Shown piece by piece: positions 24,285 through 37,326 of a stretch of DNA of 64,000 bases. The stretch covers positions 62,682,001 to 62,746,000 of the forward strand of contig NC_043003.1 of assembly GCF_006345805.1 (NCBI RefSeq). The letters are read 5' to 3'. This stretch comes from Octopus sinensis (Eukaryota). The notes beneath the pieces are model-generated. The model worked only from the letters and a program-made list of their open reading frames with translations, was not told where the DNA came from and did not search any database. The first letter of the stretch is position 1, and every line of letters begins with the position of its first letter. The position numbers and the translations under genes are program-made.

Positions 24285-26529
24285 AGAAGAAAGTCCAATA
24301 GAAAGGGAGATGGAGGAAAAAATCACCAACAATTCACATGTGGTTACATTTTGAAATGACCAGAAGGGAATGGATGAAGAAAAAGTTCTTTCTAAAACAG
24401 GAGAGTGTAAGAGGAGGTGTGTATGTGTGGGTATGTGCATGTACACAAGTCTGTGTATGTGTGTGTGTGTGTAATAGCACATGTGTGTGTGTGTAATAGC
24501 ACGTGTGTGTGTATGTGTTGTGTGTGTGTGTGGTTTTGACTGCTTATATGTGTACGTGTGAGTGAAATTTGTCTCTTAAAGTCGTAGAAATAATTCAGTA
24601 GCATGGTAACAGGAGTGGTGGTCCTTTGTGGAGTTGTGTGTCTCTTCACATGTGCGTAGAGGAATAGTCAGTAGAAAGGTGTTTGACTGGCAGTTTGAAG
24701 TATGTGAGAGCATGTGTACATATGTGTATGCGTGTATGTATATATTGTGTGTGTATGTAGTGTGTTAGGTATGTGTGCATTCCTGTGCGTGCGCATGTAT
24801 GTGTGTTGTGTGTGGGAGGTATATGTGAGGTGTATGTGCATTTATGTGTGTATGTATGTGTGTATGTGTATGCATGCATGTGTGTGTTTGTGTGTGTATG
24901 TGAGTGTGTGCATGAGGTTGTGTTACGTGGAGGTATATGTGCATTCCTGTGTGTGTGTGTGTCTGCACATGTATGTGCATGTGTCCGTGTGTTTGTGCAT
25001 GTGTGTATGCGAGTGTGTGCATGTATGTGTGTGGTGTGTGTGGGAGGTATATGTGCATTCATGTGTATGCATGTGTGTGTATGTATGTGTGTGTGTATAC
25101 AGAAATGAAATAAAATATAATAAAATAAGATCAATAAATAAAGGGGAAAAAGGGAAAAGGGTACAAGATATAAAGAAAATTACAAAAATTAACAGATACA
25201 AGATAAAAAATTAAAAATTAAAATTAAAAGGATGAAATAGAAATTAATATAATTATAAAAAATAATGCAATTAAAAAGTGAATTCAACAGAAAAAAAACA
25301 TCAAGAAAAGGGTAACAGTGTAAAAAAGTAAGTGGGTACAAGAGAGGATAAAATATGATGAAATAAAATATAATAAAGTAAAAAGTTGCTTTTTTTAAGG
25401 AGTTTGTAGAGACAGTCGTAAAGAGGAGGAGGTTGTGTTGAGTCTGAAAGGAATTTGTGTTTGTAGACTGAAAACGTAAGGCTGTTCTAGTCAGACGCGT
25501 GAGTCTGTGGATCTGTGGTGCTGGGCAAGGCCAAAGATGGAGATATTAGATGGTGAGTGGTTGGCCAAGCAGAAATGACAGGCAATGGGGGTGTTTGTGC
25601 ATAGCTGAACATCTCTTGGATGTTCTGTGAACCGGTTGGTAAGCCGGCAGCCTGTCTGACCAATGTAGAGTTTATTACAGAGGTTACATCTAATGCAATA
25701 AATACAGCTTGAAGAGGTGCAGGAGAAGGAGTTTCTAATGTAGAGAGTGTACTGGTTGGATACAGTGAGGGAGGTGGTGTTGGTGATGAAAGGGCAGCAT
25801 AGAAGAGAGATCTAGAGCAAGGAAGGGATCTGGGTGGGGCTCGTGGGGAAGAGGAGAAGGTGCTACAGACCAATAGATTGTGTAGGTTACGGGTGTGTTT
25901 AAAGGAGGACAAGGGTGGGTTGGGGAAAATGGGATGGGTGTTGAGATCTAGATGGAGATGACAGAAGGCCCATAGGATCCTCCAATGCAGGGGTTGAAAA
26001 GAGGGGAAATGAGATATGGTTAAGTGTGAGGAAAGAGAGAGGGTGGCAGTGCAATCAATTAGATGAGCACAGGCAAAGGTGATCTGGACATGGTTTGAGG
26101 GGTATCCTTGATGCATGAACAGGCAGGTGAGGTACTGGAACTGGGTCTCGAAATCCTGATGCTGGCTGCACAATCATCAAAGGTGGAGGAACTGGGAGTA
26201 GGGGATGGCCCTTTTGGTGTGGAAGGGATGGGAGATACATGTGTGTGTGTGTGTGTATATGTATGTATGTACACATGTTTATGTGAGTGTGTGCATATGT
26301 AGATGTTGTAAATGCAGGAGGTTTATGTCTATGTATTGTGAGAATATGGTTGCATGTATTTTTTCTTTTTACTTTTTCTACCTATTAGAGTAACTTCACT
26401 TTTATTCAACAGTTTTTCATAGCCTTTATTGCCATTAATAGCCAACGAGAATGTATGATAGCTCTTCACTCCAACTTTTGAAACCCGAGTACTATAATGT
26501 CAATCTTTTACTGTTTGTTCTAATTCATA

Positions 26530-26562
<33 letters not shown>

Positions 26563-26563
<1 letters not shown>

Positions 26564-26785
26564 TTCTTTATTGCCCACAAGGGGCTAAACATTGAGAGGA
26601 CAAACAAGGACAGACAAAGGAATTAAGTCAATTACATTGACCCCAGTGCAAAAATGGTACTTTATTTATCGACCCTGAAAGGATGAAAGGCAAAGTCAAC
26701 CTCGGCGGAATTTGAACTCAGAACGTAACGACAGACGAAATACTGCTAAGCATTTCACCTGGCACGCTAATGTGTCAGCCAGCTC
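26563..26785 (-). mobile_element. tRNA-derived SINE with a Nin/Deu-like central domain
   Basis: Reverse complement reads gttctgagttcaaattccgccgaggttgactttgcctttcatcctttcagggtcgataaataaagtacca. Related copies at 13135-13300 (-) and 38995-39207, 50650-50865, 51190-51400, 53100-53265 (+). Confidence 0.8.
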
Positions 26786-26819
<34 letters not shown>

Positions 26820-26824
26820 CATAC

Positions 26825-27072
26825 TAATCATATCTGTCGGGCATGTGGAAGAGAGTGTAATTCGGCAGGAGGACTTAAACGACCTGCAAAGGTACATGAA
26901 GCCCAGTTACAACTACAGTCGGCTATTACCAGCAAAGGTTTTAGTTGCCAATTTTGTACAAGACATTGTAGATCTTTAGCTGGGCTAAAAAGTCACATTC
27001 AATCACAGCACCAGTAACAGTTAAGCTTCGTGCAATGGCCATACTCGATAACGAGGGGGCAGCTATAATAAT
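26825..27072 (+). mobile_element. 3' tip of an RTE/BovB-like LINE with two C2H2-like fingers
   Basis: ICRACGRECNSAGGLKRPAKVH...FSCQFCTRHCRSLAGLKSHIQSQHQ*, a short 3' UTR with ctcg...cgag hairpin and a taataa tail; sits between microsatellites. Confidence 0.7.
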
Positions 27073-27399
27073 GTATGTATGTATGCATTTATGTATGTAT
27101 GTATGTATTTATGTATGTATGTATGTATGTGTATACACGCACACACAGACTCATAGCTGAAGAAATGGCTGAGTGGCCAAGAGGTTGGTGTCTCCACTGT
27201 GTGATTTTAGGATCAGTCCCATTGTATGGCTCCATAGGCAAGTCTCTTCTGCTTTAGCCTGAGGTCACTTAATGCCTGATGAGTAAATTTGGTAGACAGA
27301 AGCTGTGTGGAAGCCCATCATGCATCTATCTATCCATATATCTATCTATCTATCTATCTATCTACCTATCTATCTACCTTTACAGACATACACACATAC

Positions 27400-27446
<47 letters not shown>

Positions 27447-29116
27447 TATATATATATATATACATATGTGTGTGTGTGTGTCTGTGCCTGTCTTTGTGTT
27501 TGGTCTCCTGTTGGATGAAGATATCCAGAGTGATGGCCTGAAGGACTCCTTCCCACTAGTCTTGGAGACCCAATGAAGTGTAATACAGACTATCTTTCCC
27601 TCCTGACTATTCATCATCATCATTATCATCATCATCGTATTTCATGCTGGCAGGGGTTGGATTGTTTGACAGGAGCTGACAAGACGAAGAGCTGCACTAG
27701 GATCCTGTCATCTCTTTTGGCAAGGTTTCTATGGCTGGATTCCCTTCCTAAAGCCAACCACTTTACAGGGTGTACTGGGTACTTTTCATGTGGTGCCAGT
27801 ATGACTGCTTTTTTACATGATGCTGACACAGGTTCTTTTATACATGGTACCTGCACAAGTGCTTTTTTATGTGATGCAGGCACAGATGCTTTTTATGTGG
27901 CACCAGCACAGGTGCTCTTAACATGGTGCCAACATGGATGCTATTTGCAAGGCACCAGCTATGCATGTTTATAACATGGCACTGGCACAGGTATGTTTTT
28001 TGTAGCACCAGCAATAAAAACAAAATGCAAGACAAATGTAAAACAAATGCAAGCAAGTACCAAAATTGCATTTTATCGAACAGCTGTATCTGAACATATT
28101 TGAAAGGTAATCAGTACTAACGAGAGCCTGCTGGAAAGATTCTTTGTTTGTTTCTATCCAGAATTAAAAGTTTGAATAACTTCTATGACTAGTTACTTTA
28201 TTTTAAATAATAGATAGATGAGGTTGCAGGAAACACAGGATTGATAACTTGAAAGTATCTAATTCAATCCCTAGATTTAGAAAAAGCATCTCTCTGTAAA
28301 ATATATGTCAGAAACTGTTCATGTAAGACAACTAGATTTTCATATATATTCAGTTTTCTGCATTTGAAAAGAAAACAAATATAAAGCAAAAAAAAACAAA
28401 TGTATTTCCAATTTTCCTATTCAGCTGATAGAAAAGGAATGCAATATGTTTTAAAGTTTGATAAAAATCCATCTTCTGTAAGTCAATTTGAATTCTGACT
28501 CAGTTTTATCCCATTTTTATATCCTGTCTTTCTTTTTTACTAACTTTAGAATAGAATTGAAAATATCATAGTTTGCTTTCCAGCTTAAAATTCATACAAA
28601 ATTTCGTCTCTTATTTCAATAATAACAAGTAATATTGCAGAGGCATAGAAATACTCAAGATGGTAAACAAGTTTACTATAATATGCTTTGGTAGTGATGT
28701 GGCCCTTAAAAAGCTCAATCATAGAAGTAGATGGTTTGATGCATTAACATTATAGTTGCAAGTGTTACTTTGTGCATTTCATCTTGTATCTGAGCAAAGG
28801 TGCATGGTGTAGTGGTTAACATGTGGCACTCATGATCGCAGGATCTTGGTTTTGATTCTCAGACCAAGCAGTGCATTGTGTTCTTGAGAAAATCACTTCA
28901 TTTCATGTTGTTCCAGAAACTGGGTAACTGGTCCTATGAGTTCTAAGACTTGAGGCAGTAATGTCCAGGGGTTTGATGATGACAATGATGATGACAACAA
29001 TGACGACGAAGACGATGATGATAATGACGATGGCAATGACAACAATGGCAATGATGATGATGGTGGTGGTGACAGCAACTGTGATGACAACAAGCTTTTG
29101 TCTGTGATCTGCTTAA

Positions 29117-29338
29117 CCCTTTTGTTACTGTATTCGTTTTGAGATGCTCTGTGTTTCTTTCAATTACTTTAAATATAACAAAGACTTTAGTAAAATAACT
29201 CAGTTATCATTCAGCTTGTGTTAGGAACATAAATTGTGACTAAGGTTTGATGGAAGATTTTAATTCAAAACTTACGAAAGCAAAACATTTGTACTCAGAG
29301 AGCCAGAGCCAGTTTCAGCTGGGTTGGTAACGAAAGGG
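29117..29338. mobile_element. piggyBac-type MITE
   Basis: TTAA-cccttttgttac ... gtaacgaaaggg-TTAA. Confidence 0.85.
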
Positions 29339-30224
29339 TTAAATATTCATTTAGTATTACAGAAACTTTAGCAAGAGATCATTTACAGTTGATGCACATA
29401 GTAATAATAAGGGACATCAGCATTGATCTGCTTTGGCCATGGATTCTCACCTTCCCCAACATGTATTATTTTGTGTCTGATATATTGTATCCATGTGCAC
29501 CACTTCAGATTACTCAATCAAGAAAAGATACTGGGGTCACCTCCAGTGAAATTTACTTCACTTAAAAGAAAATTCCTTGAGCAGGCTGTTCTGTAACTAC
29601 ACTATAACAAACTATAGTATTGTTCAAAAATTACAATATAAAATAAAGTAAAGTTTTGAAATAAGAAAGCAAGTAATTCCTGTTTACCATAGTTTTGCAT
29701 TTCAGCTGCTTTCCTATCAAAAGTTTTTTATTCTTCATCAAGCCAGACTAAACTCATCTTTGAAATAAAGTAATGGCTTCACAGTTGTTGTTGCTGTTGT
29801 TGCTGTCTTTTTATCACATTCAACAAAAATCCCACCTTGGCACCACATAAAGCCTTCTTATTGATTGATTGCTCCTTTGAGTAGTAACCACACTTAAAGA
29901 TAAGAAGTAGAAGGGTTTGCAATTCTGATTTAACTGTCTAGCAGTTTATATTCTTAATTCACAAATACAAATGTATATATATGTATGTATATATATATAT
30001 ATATACATATATATAATGTTGCACATGGTTGTTTTTCTTTATATTATGTCTTTATGTGTTGATGTTTATGTTATTGTTACAATCATTCACAAATGCATGT
30101 ACACTTGCATGCATGCAGTTGCATGTGCTCATGCCTGTGTGTGTGTGTTTTACAATGCTGACATATGCATACTTACACAAATGTGCACATTTGTATGTTT
30201 AGGTTACAAAGCTTACCCCACTTT

Positions 30225-30259
<35 letters not shown>

Positions 30260-32176
30260 CCACACACACACACACATCCACACACACACACACATCCACA
30301 CATACACACACATCCACACACGTGCGCACATGCGCACACACAGACACAAAGGATTCGGCAAACCAACCAACTACAATTTTAGATTTCTCTTAGGAATACT
30401 TTTTTTAAAAGAACTACTAAAAGCTATGACCTATTAGACTGATGAAAGTAAAAAAGAAAATAGAAAAATAGAAAAACACCCACAACAACAACAGCAACAA
30501 CAAACATTAAGCTCAGTAAATGTTAATACTACCTTATATTCTGGAATGATATCATTGAAAATTATAAAGCTCTAAATGTTTAGTACAGGGTGAGAGAGAC
30601 TGAGATTTCTACTAGTTCTTCCTTTCTAGAGTAGAACCTGTTTTTTGTAAATTTCTACTTCACTTCCTTCTTAGCCAGCTGCTAGCATATCAATCATAAA
30701 GCAAGTAGCTTCTTTTTACATGCTAGTCAATTCAGTTGAGGTTTTGTATAGTCGCAAAATACTGAAGAATGGTATATGCTCCTTCCTGTACATTTTTTGT
30801 GTTTTAACACTTCAATGCTTCTTTGCTACTCTGTAAAGAAGTAAAGAAGCTACCACTTTCGGGGAAAAAAAAAAAAGATTGATCAGACTCTTTTAACTCA
30901 CAGAATTTCGAGGTTTCATTTCTTATATGTTAAATCCGATAACAATTTTTTTTTTTTTTTTAAATGGAAATCTTATAACTGTCTGAAATAGTCAAGTACT
31001 CAAATATTGTGTTATTTTTGTAGTGTACTAGGAGATTTTATCTTATTCTTTATACTGGTGGATATATAATAGATTATGATGGCAAGATAACTTACTTCAT
31101 TCTAATGTATGTTTGTACACTTTAGTATAAAACCAGGTTGTTTTCATACCAATGAATGGGCATTGTGACCTACTAGAAATAGTAACCAAATCTCCTTTGT
31201 ATCACACCTTACTTTCTTAAAAAGTAAAGGATTCATTCGGTAATGGAGTCTTAACTGAAACATCTGGGAAAAAAAACAAAAAAAAACGGTTGGTCACAGA
31301 TGGAATGTCTTTTGTCATAATCTGCTTAATCAATCCTGACTAACGTCCTAATTGAACAGATTATACTCAGTCAGGCCCCTGAAATGACCTGTTTGTTTTT
31401 TTCCTTTTTTTCATCATCATCATCATCATCCTCATCCTCATCTTCATTAATGTCCACATTCCATGCTGTCATAGGTTGGATGGTCTTATAGGATTTAATA
31501 GGCTCAAGGACAGCATTGTGCTCCAGTGTCTCTTTTGGTTTGGTTTCCATGGTTGGATACCCTTCCTAACACCAACCACTTTACTGCCTGTTCTGGTTTC
31601 CTTTACACAATTTCTTACAAAGCCACCAAGTCAGAAATTTTTGGTTAAGTTGCAATGTTAGTTAATTAAATTAACCCTACTTTTAGTCTGATGTTCTATT
31701 TTATTGCTCCTGGAAGGACAAAATGCAAAACTGGCCTGAACAGAATTTGAACTCTGATTGTAAAGGCCAGAATAGATACCATTAGGCTTTTTGTCCCACA
31801 ATCCAACACTCTCTTTTATTATATAATAATAATGTAAGATGAAAATTAAACATTTGTTGCCTATACATATGATCAAAATATTGAAGAATTATTCATCATT
31901 GATCACGATCAAAAGACTTCATAAATTATTTTTGAAAACAAAATGTGATTATTCTCATTAATAGTTGAACAATTTGAAAATGTAATAAGCTAATAAAAAT
32001 AAAATGATTATTACTCAGTAAATTAAGAGTAGTTATTTTTAGCTGAAAACTAAGTAGATTCTGTGTCTATCCTTAGATTCACTGTCTCTGCGTATACAGA
32101 CATACATGCATACATACATACATACATACATACATACATACATACATACATACATACATACATACATACATACATA

Positions 32177-32569
32177 CTTACATATGTTGAACTAATGAGA
32201 AATCTGCAGTTACTCTATCCAGATTACAAGTTCAGGTTATTACCTGTAATTATTGGGGCCCTGGGATATGTAAAACACTGCCTACATACCAATCTTGAGA
32301 ATCTAGGCTTCTCAGAACCAGAAAGGAGAAAGCTAATTCGAAGACTGCAGTTCCAATCCATTATTCAAACTGTAAAAATCTGTAAAACTTTACAGATGTT
32401 TATCATTTAAATATATATGAGCATGTCTAGAAATGCAACTATATGCATGAGAATACATACATAAAACAAAACATACAAATCTGCACACATACATACATAC
32501 ATACATACATACATACATACATACATACATACATACATACATACATACATACATACATACATACATACA

Positions 32570-32603
<34 letters not shown>

Positions 32604-32709
32604 CATACATATCCTGTTGTTGATGAAATTGCAATGAAGGAGCTTTGAATCTAGGTTAGAAACTGGCTCTTTCTCTATTGGTAAGAAATCTTGAAATAAA
32701 CTAAGCAAT
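32177..32709 (+). mobile_element. 3' fragment of an R4/Dong-clade non-LTR retrotransposon
   Basis: YVELMRNLQLLYPDYKFRLLPVIIGALGYV...LIRRLQFQSIIQTVKICK; homologous to 44960-45190; 3' UTR with a (TACA)n tract and gaaactggctc motif. Confidence 0.8.
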
Positions 32710-34011
32710 GACATACATGCATATCATCATCATTTTACGTCTGCTATCCATGCTGTCATGTGTTGGACAAGTTGTTTATTACTGACACCCTAGACAGATC
32801 AGAGGACCATGTTCACTTCTGTCTTGGTTTCTGTGACTGATGTTCCTTCTGTCACCAGCCACCTAGCATAGCATATTAGATGCACTTTATCATGGTGGCA
32901 GCACTAAAGAGTTTCTGTTGTCCTTGACCAGACTAGAAGGCCATCTCAACCCAATATCATCTTCACTCACTAGCCAACCAGCCATATCCAGCCCAAATAT
33001 TCTGCCTTATTTTATGTTAAACTTGGCCACATCTAGCCTCTCACACCTACCCAACAAACTCAGTCTAAAAATATGCAAACACACCATTGAAATATTGAAA
33101 CTACAAGATAATGCTTGATTAATTTTTTTTAAATGTGGATAAATAAGCAAAATATTGGACAAAGAAATCTGAATGCTGAAAGGTTAATGTGCCTTATTTG
33201 TCAAACTGCTTGGTAAAATGCAACAAACCTAAACACAGGTGTGGTTATACACACACAAATCCATGTACACATACACCAATATACATGGCCTCTCTAAATA
33301 ATTTCTCTCAAATAAATTGTATTCAGATGGCCTTGGTTGTTCCAGCATTGTAGTAAAAAAAAAAACTTGCTCAAGGTACCATGCAGCTGGACTAAATTGA
33401 AAATCACGGAACCTGACATTAAATCCTGACACGGCTCAGCAGCCCATTGGGTGCTCTCAGAACATCCAGTGTATTCCAGTTTGGAAAACAGATGCTAAAT
33501 GATGATGATGATGATGATGATGCTGGTGTTGGTGGTGTAGTTTAAAAGCACATTTTTTTTACCTCCCACCAGGCATATGCTTATATATATATTTATTAAA
33601 TACACAAGTACATACATATACATACACACAGCAACACACATTACAACATCCAACAAAATTAGATTCTAAGTTTTATTGTGGAAGCTATTATATATTTTAT
33701 TGTGTTATAATACTCTGTGGTTTTATAACACTCTCTCATATTGATTACTGTATAACTTGGTGGCTTATCTGTAAATCATTACAAAGGAACTATTAATATC
33801 ATATACATACATAGATATACATCCTTGCAGCATATATGAGTATGTACACACACACACACACACACACACACAGACGCACACATATATTATATATACATAT
33901 GTGTGTGTGTGTGTGTGTGTTTAGATATGTATAAATATATATATATATGGGTGTGTGTATATATATGGGTGTCAAATACATATATACATACGTATATATG
34001 TATTTGAGTAT

Positions 34012-34043
<32 letters not shown>

Positions 34044-34431
34044 ATACATACATACATACACACATATATATATATGCATGTGGGGTGGAGTTTATACATG
34101 ATTAAGCTATGAACAAGCTAAAAGAGAACTCAATACGGGGTATATCAAATGGCTGGTCTGTTTGTAATAAAGCTATTTGACATTTCTTGACATCAAGTTT
34201 CATGCTGTTAGGGTATCCCCAAGGAAACCGTTAGGTAATCATTAGACAGAAAGGCAGTAATAGAACAACTGCTAACTTCTCGCAGTGGACTTCACTTCTG
34301 GTGATTACAGTTTATTTATATGCTTCCTGCGTTCTGGAAGATGACGTTTTTCTGGTCTACTTACTGTTACTGCTTATGTACACATGCTATATATGCTCAT
34401 ACACCCACACAAACACATGCACACGTATGCG

Positions 34432-34517
<86 letters not shown>

Positions 34518-34770
34518 CATACATATATATATATATATATATGCACACAGAGAAAGAGAGAGAGAGAGAGAGAGAGATGAATATACTTGCATACAAACAC
34601 TGATCTCTATATATATATGTGTGTGTATGTGTGTGTGTGTGTGTGTGTGTACACCTACATATTTGAATATTTATATTCACACACACATACATGCCCACAT
34701 ATATACTTATGCTTGATGTATGTGTTTGTGTGTGTACTTGTATTTAAACATTCTTTTGTATACACATGTA

Positions 34771-35887
34771 CGAGGCCTGATCAATAGGTATCCGGACTGA
34801 CGCTATAAAAACGAAACTACAACACATATCAATTTGGCATTTAATCTCCTTCAAAGTAGTCTTCTTCAGAAGCCACACACTAAATCCAGTACTGTGTCCA
34901 TTGATGGGGCCATTTCTGGAACTCATTTTCTGGGATAATCATCAGCTGCCTTGTATTAACTTTGATTTCCTCAACACCCTGAAGTTTTCTTCCGTTCATG
35001 TGGGATGTGATTTTTGGAAAGCGGGAAAAGTTGCAAGGGGCAAGATCTGAGGAATATGGTGGCAATCGGATCTGGGGAATGCTATGCCTGGCCAAAGACT
35101 GTTGTTGAATGGGCAGGTGCATTGTCATGGTGCAACTGTCACTCATCAGATGCATGCATTTGTGGCCTTTTCTGATGAATAGCATCCTGTAAAACATCAT
35201 GGTAGTATAACTTGTTTACTATCTGACCAGGTGGAGCATACACATGATGAGCAATCCCCTTGTAGTCAAAGAAAACGGTCAGTAATGTCTTCACATTGCT
35301 TTGACTCATTCATGCTTTCTTTGGTCTCGGAGAGTTTGGGGCACAAACTTGGCAGACACGTGTCTCATACCCAAATCTTCAAGGATAATGGACTGAACTA
35401 AACCGTAACTAACCTGCACCTCCTCTGATAACTCCCAGATAGTGATTCCATGATTTCCCCTCACAGCTCCACACACATCTATGATGTGTGTGGAGAAACA
35501 TCTATGATGTTTCTCTCAGTTCTGCTGGTTGCAGGTCTCCCAGAATGTTGGCCATCTGGGAAACATATGAACCACTTGTGTGCAGCTCATACACTCCTCT
35601 CCATGCACTTTCTACAACTTTGCATAGGCCTCTGAGCAGGAATCGCCCAACTTTTGGCAAAATTCGATGGAGATTCTCTGCTCAACTTTCTCCATCATGG
35701 TCAATGTGACGATCATACACCACACACATTACAGCACTGCTGTAAATAGCAGAAGTGAACTAGAATGATAGAACTTATTGCCCATGCACAACAGAGTTTA
35801 AGGTCAATCTGTGCCAAGGGGCTTTACTCTGTGTGCTTTAGCTCTGTTACTATGGCAATCGTCCGGATACTTATTGATCAGACTGTG
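34771..35887 (-). mobile_element. Decayed mariner, ~1.1 kb
   Basis: TIRs cgaggcctgatcaataggtatccggac / gtccggatacttattgatcagactgtg with TA at both ends; minus strand PPYSSDLAPCNFSRFPKI. Confidence 0.9.
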
Positions 35888-36299
35888 TACATACTTAAAT
35901 GTTTATATTCCCACATGCTTATGTACAGATGTATACACACTCTCACACACATATAGTTATATATGTATGTGTGGGTTAGATGTGAGTATGTACTTGTGTG
36001 TGTGTGTGTGCGCGTGTGTGAGTGTGTGTGTATGTGCATGTTATGGTACTTTCTATGGCAAGATCTAAGAATCTAAAATCTGGATATTAGCGTCTTTGCA
36101 GTAGAGATTGGTTGTGATATTTTTATTTACCTTAATTTTCATCTTTCACATATTAAGAGAAACATTCTGTATCATTATCATCATCATCGTTTAACGTCCG
36201 CTTTCCATGCTAACATGGGTTGGACAGTTTGACTGAGGACTGGTGAGCCAGAGGCTGCACCAGGCTCAATCTGATCTGGCTTAATATTGCAAAACCTAT

Positions 36300-37090
36300 A
36301 TGTTGAGTAGTTATGGACACATATTGACAAGAAAAAGATGACTGGTAAAAAAATAATCCTGAAAAATTTAGTAAACCATACCCTAACGAAAGCAAAATAG
36401 AACCCAGTCTTTGTTTTACAGAGAAATCATCACAATGAGGGAGAATACAAAAACATAAATATTGCATTTGTAGTCACCCATAATCCTAGAAACCACAACT
36501 TCTTACATTCAGCCAAATGTACCTTCCAATCCTACACCAATTGTCCAAATCTCAAATAAATAACTGAAGAATTAGAAATTATCAATAGTCAAAGACAACT
36601 ACCAAATCTTAAAGGACTCTTAACAAAAGTGGAATTCATATTAGAAGAAGAAATAGTGTCAGTAACAAAATACGGGTCATTGTGAAATTTTAAAGATAAT
36701 TGACAAGAAACATCCTAAAGATTCAAGAATGTGAAGGAATTGAAGATTAATGATAAATTGATTGGCAAAACAAGAAATCTCATTTACTACATGAGATGCT
36801 TTCAGTGCAATGAGAATTATATCAACCAAATGGGATCAAAATTAACACATCAGGTTAGGGTACATAAGCAACAGCTCAAAGATTCATTTCTTAGAAATGT
36901 TCCATACAGTTCAAAATATTCATTTCTTTTCAAAATAAAGGAAGAGAGTGGTCAATTATGAAAGGCACAAGAATGATTTATAAGAATTCTAAATCTGATA
37001 CTAAACTGGAAATAGTCAACTCCACTATTAGCAACAACTTCCTCTCTTGCTCCATAGCACATTTGTTTGAAAAGCTGTTAAGCACTTATG
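36300..37090 (+). mobile_element. Decayed Penelope-like element, GIY-YIG region
   Basis: SQRQLPNLKGLLTK; NLIYYMRCFQCNENYINQMGSKLTHQVRVHKQQL. Confidence 0.8.
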
Positions 37091-37271
37091 CAATATGAAA
37101 ACTTCCATCCAAAAGATTTGTCATTCTGTTTTGTTTTTTTTATTTTCTTTTATGTACCCTTTTACTTTTTTACTTGTTTCAGTATTTTAATGTGGCCATG
37201 CTGGAGCATTGCCTTAAGCATAATTGATAATTTTTTAATAAAACAAAATCATTTTTCAAATATATATTGTT

Positions 37272-37326
<55 letters not shown>

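Larger units (their letters stand above)
23940..26230 (-). mobile_element. 5'-truncated Penelope-like element (RT end, GIY-YIG, CA-rich 3' region, pLTR with two hammerheads)
   Basis: Minus strand IFPNPPLSSFKHTRNLHNLLV and TSSSCIYCIRCNLCNKLYIGQTGCRLTNRFTEH (GIY-YIG); hammerhead motifs at 24035-24070 and 24250-24284. Confidence 0.88.
21285..26530. mobile_element. Penelope-like fold-back (inverted pseudo-LTR) structure interrupted by a SINE array and a second PLE
   Basis: Inverted homology pairs 21285-21570/26265-26530, ~21570-21900/23560-23870 and 23131-23285/23327-23485. The centre encodes CSRERWLIWK...CLNSRTELFGTCPYVTKYLL, resembling a PLE ORF C-terminus. Confidence 0.75.

Noticed and set aside
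26712-27017. Host C2H2 zinc-finger gene
   Set aside because: The ORF start comes from a SINE and a TA tract; there are no TGEKP linkers; an RTE-type 3' UTR and tail follow.
30737-30753. let-7-like sequence tgaggttttgtatagtc
   Set aside because: The seed is incomplete, the central bases are missing and there is no complementary star arm.
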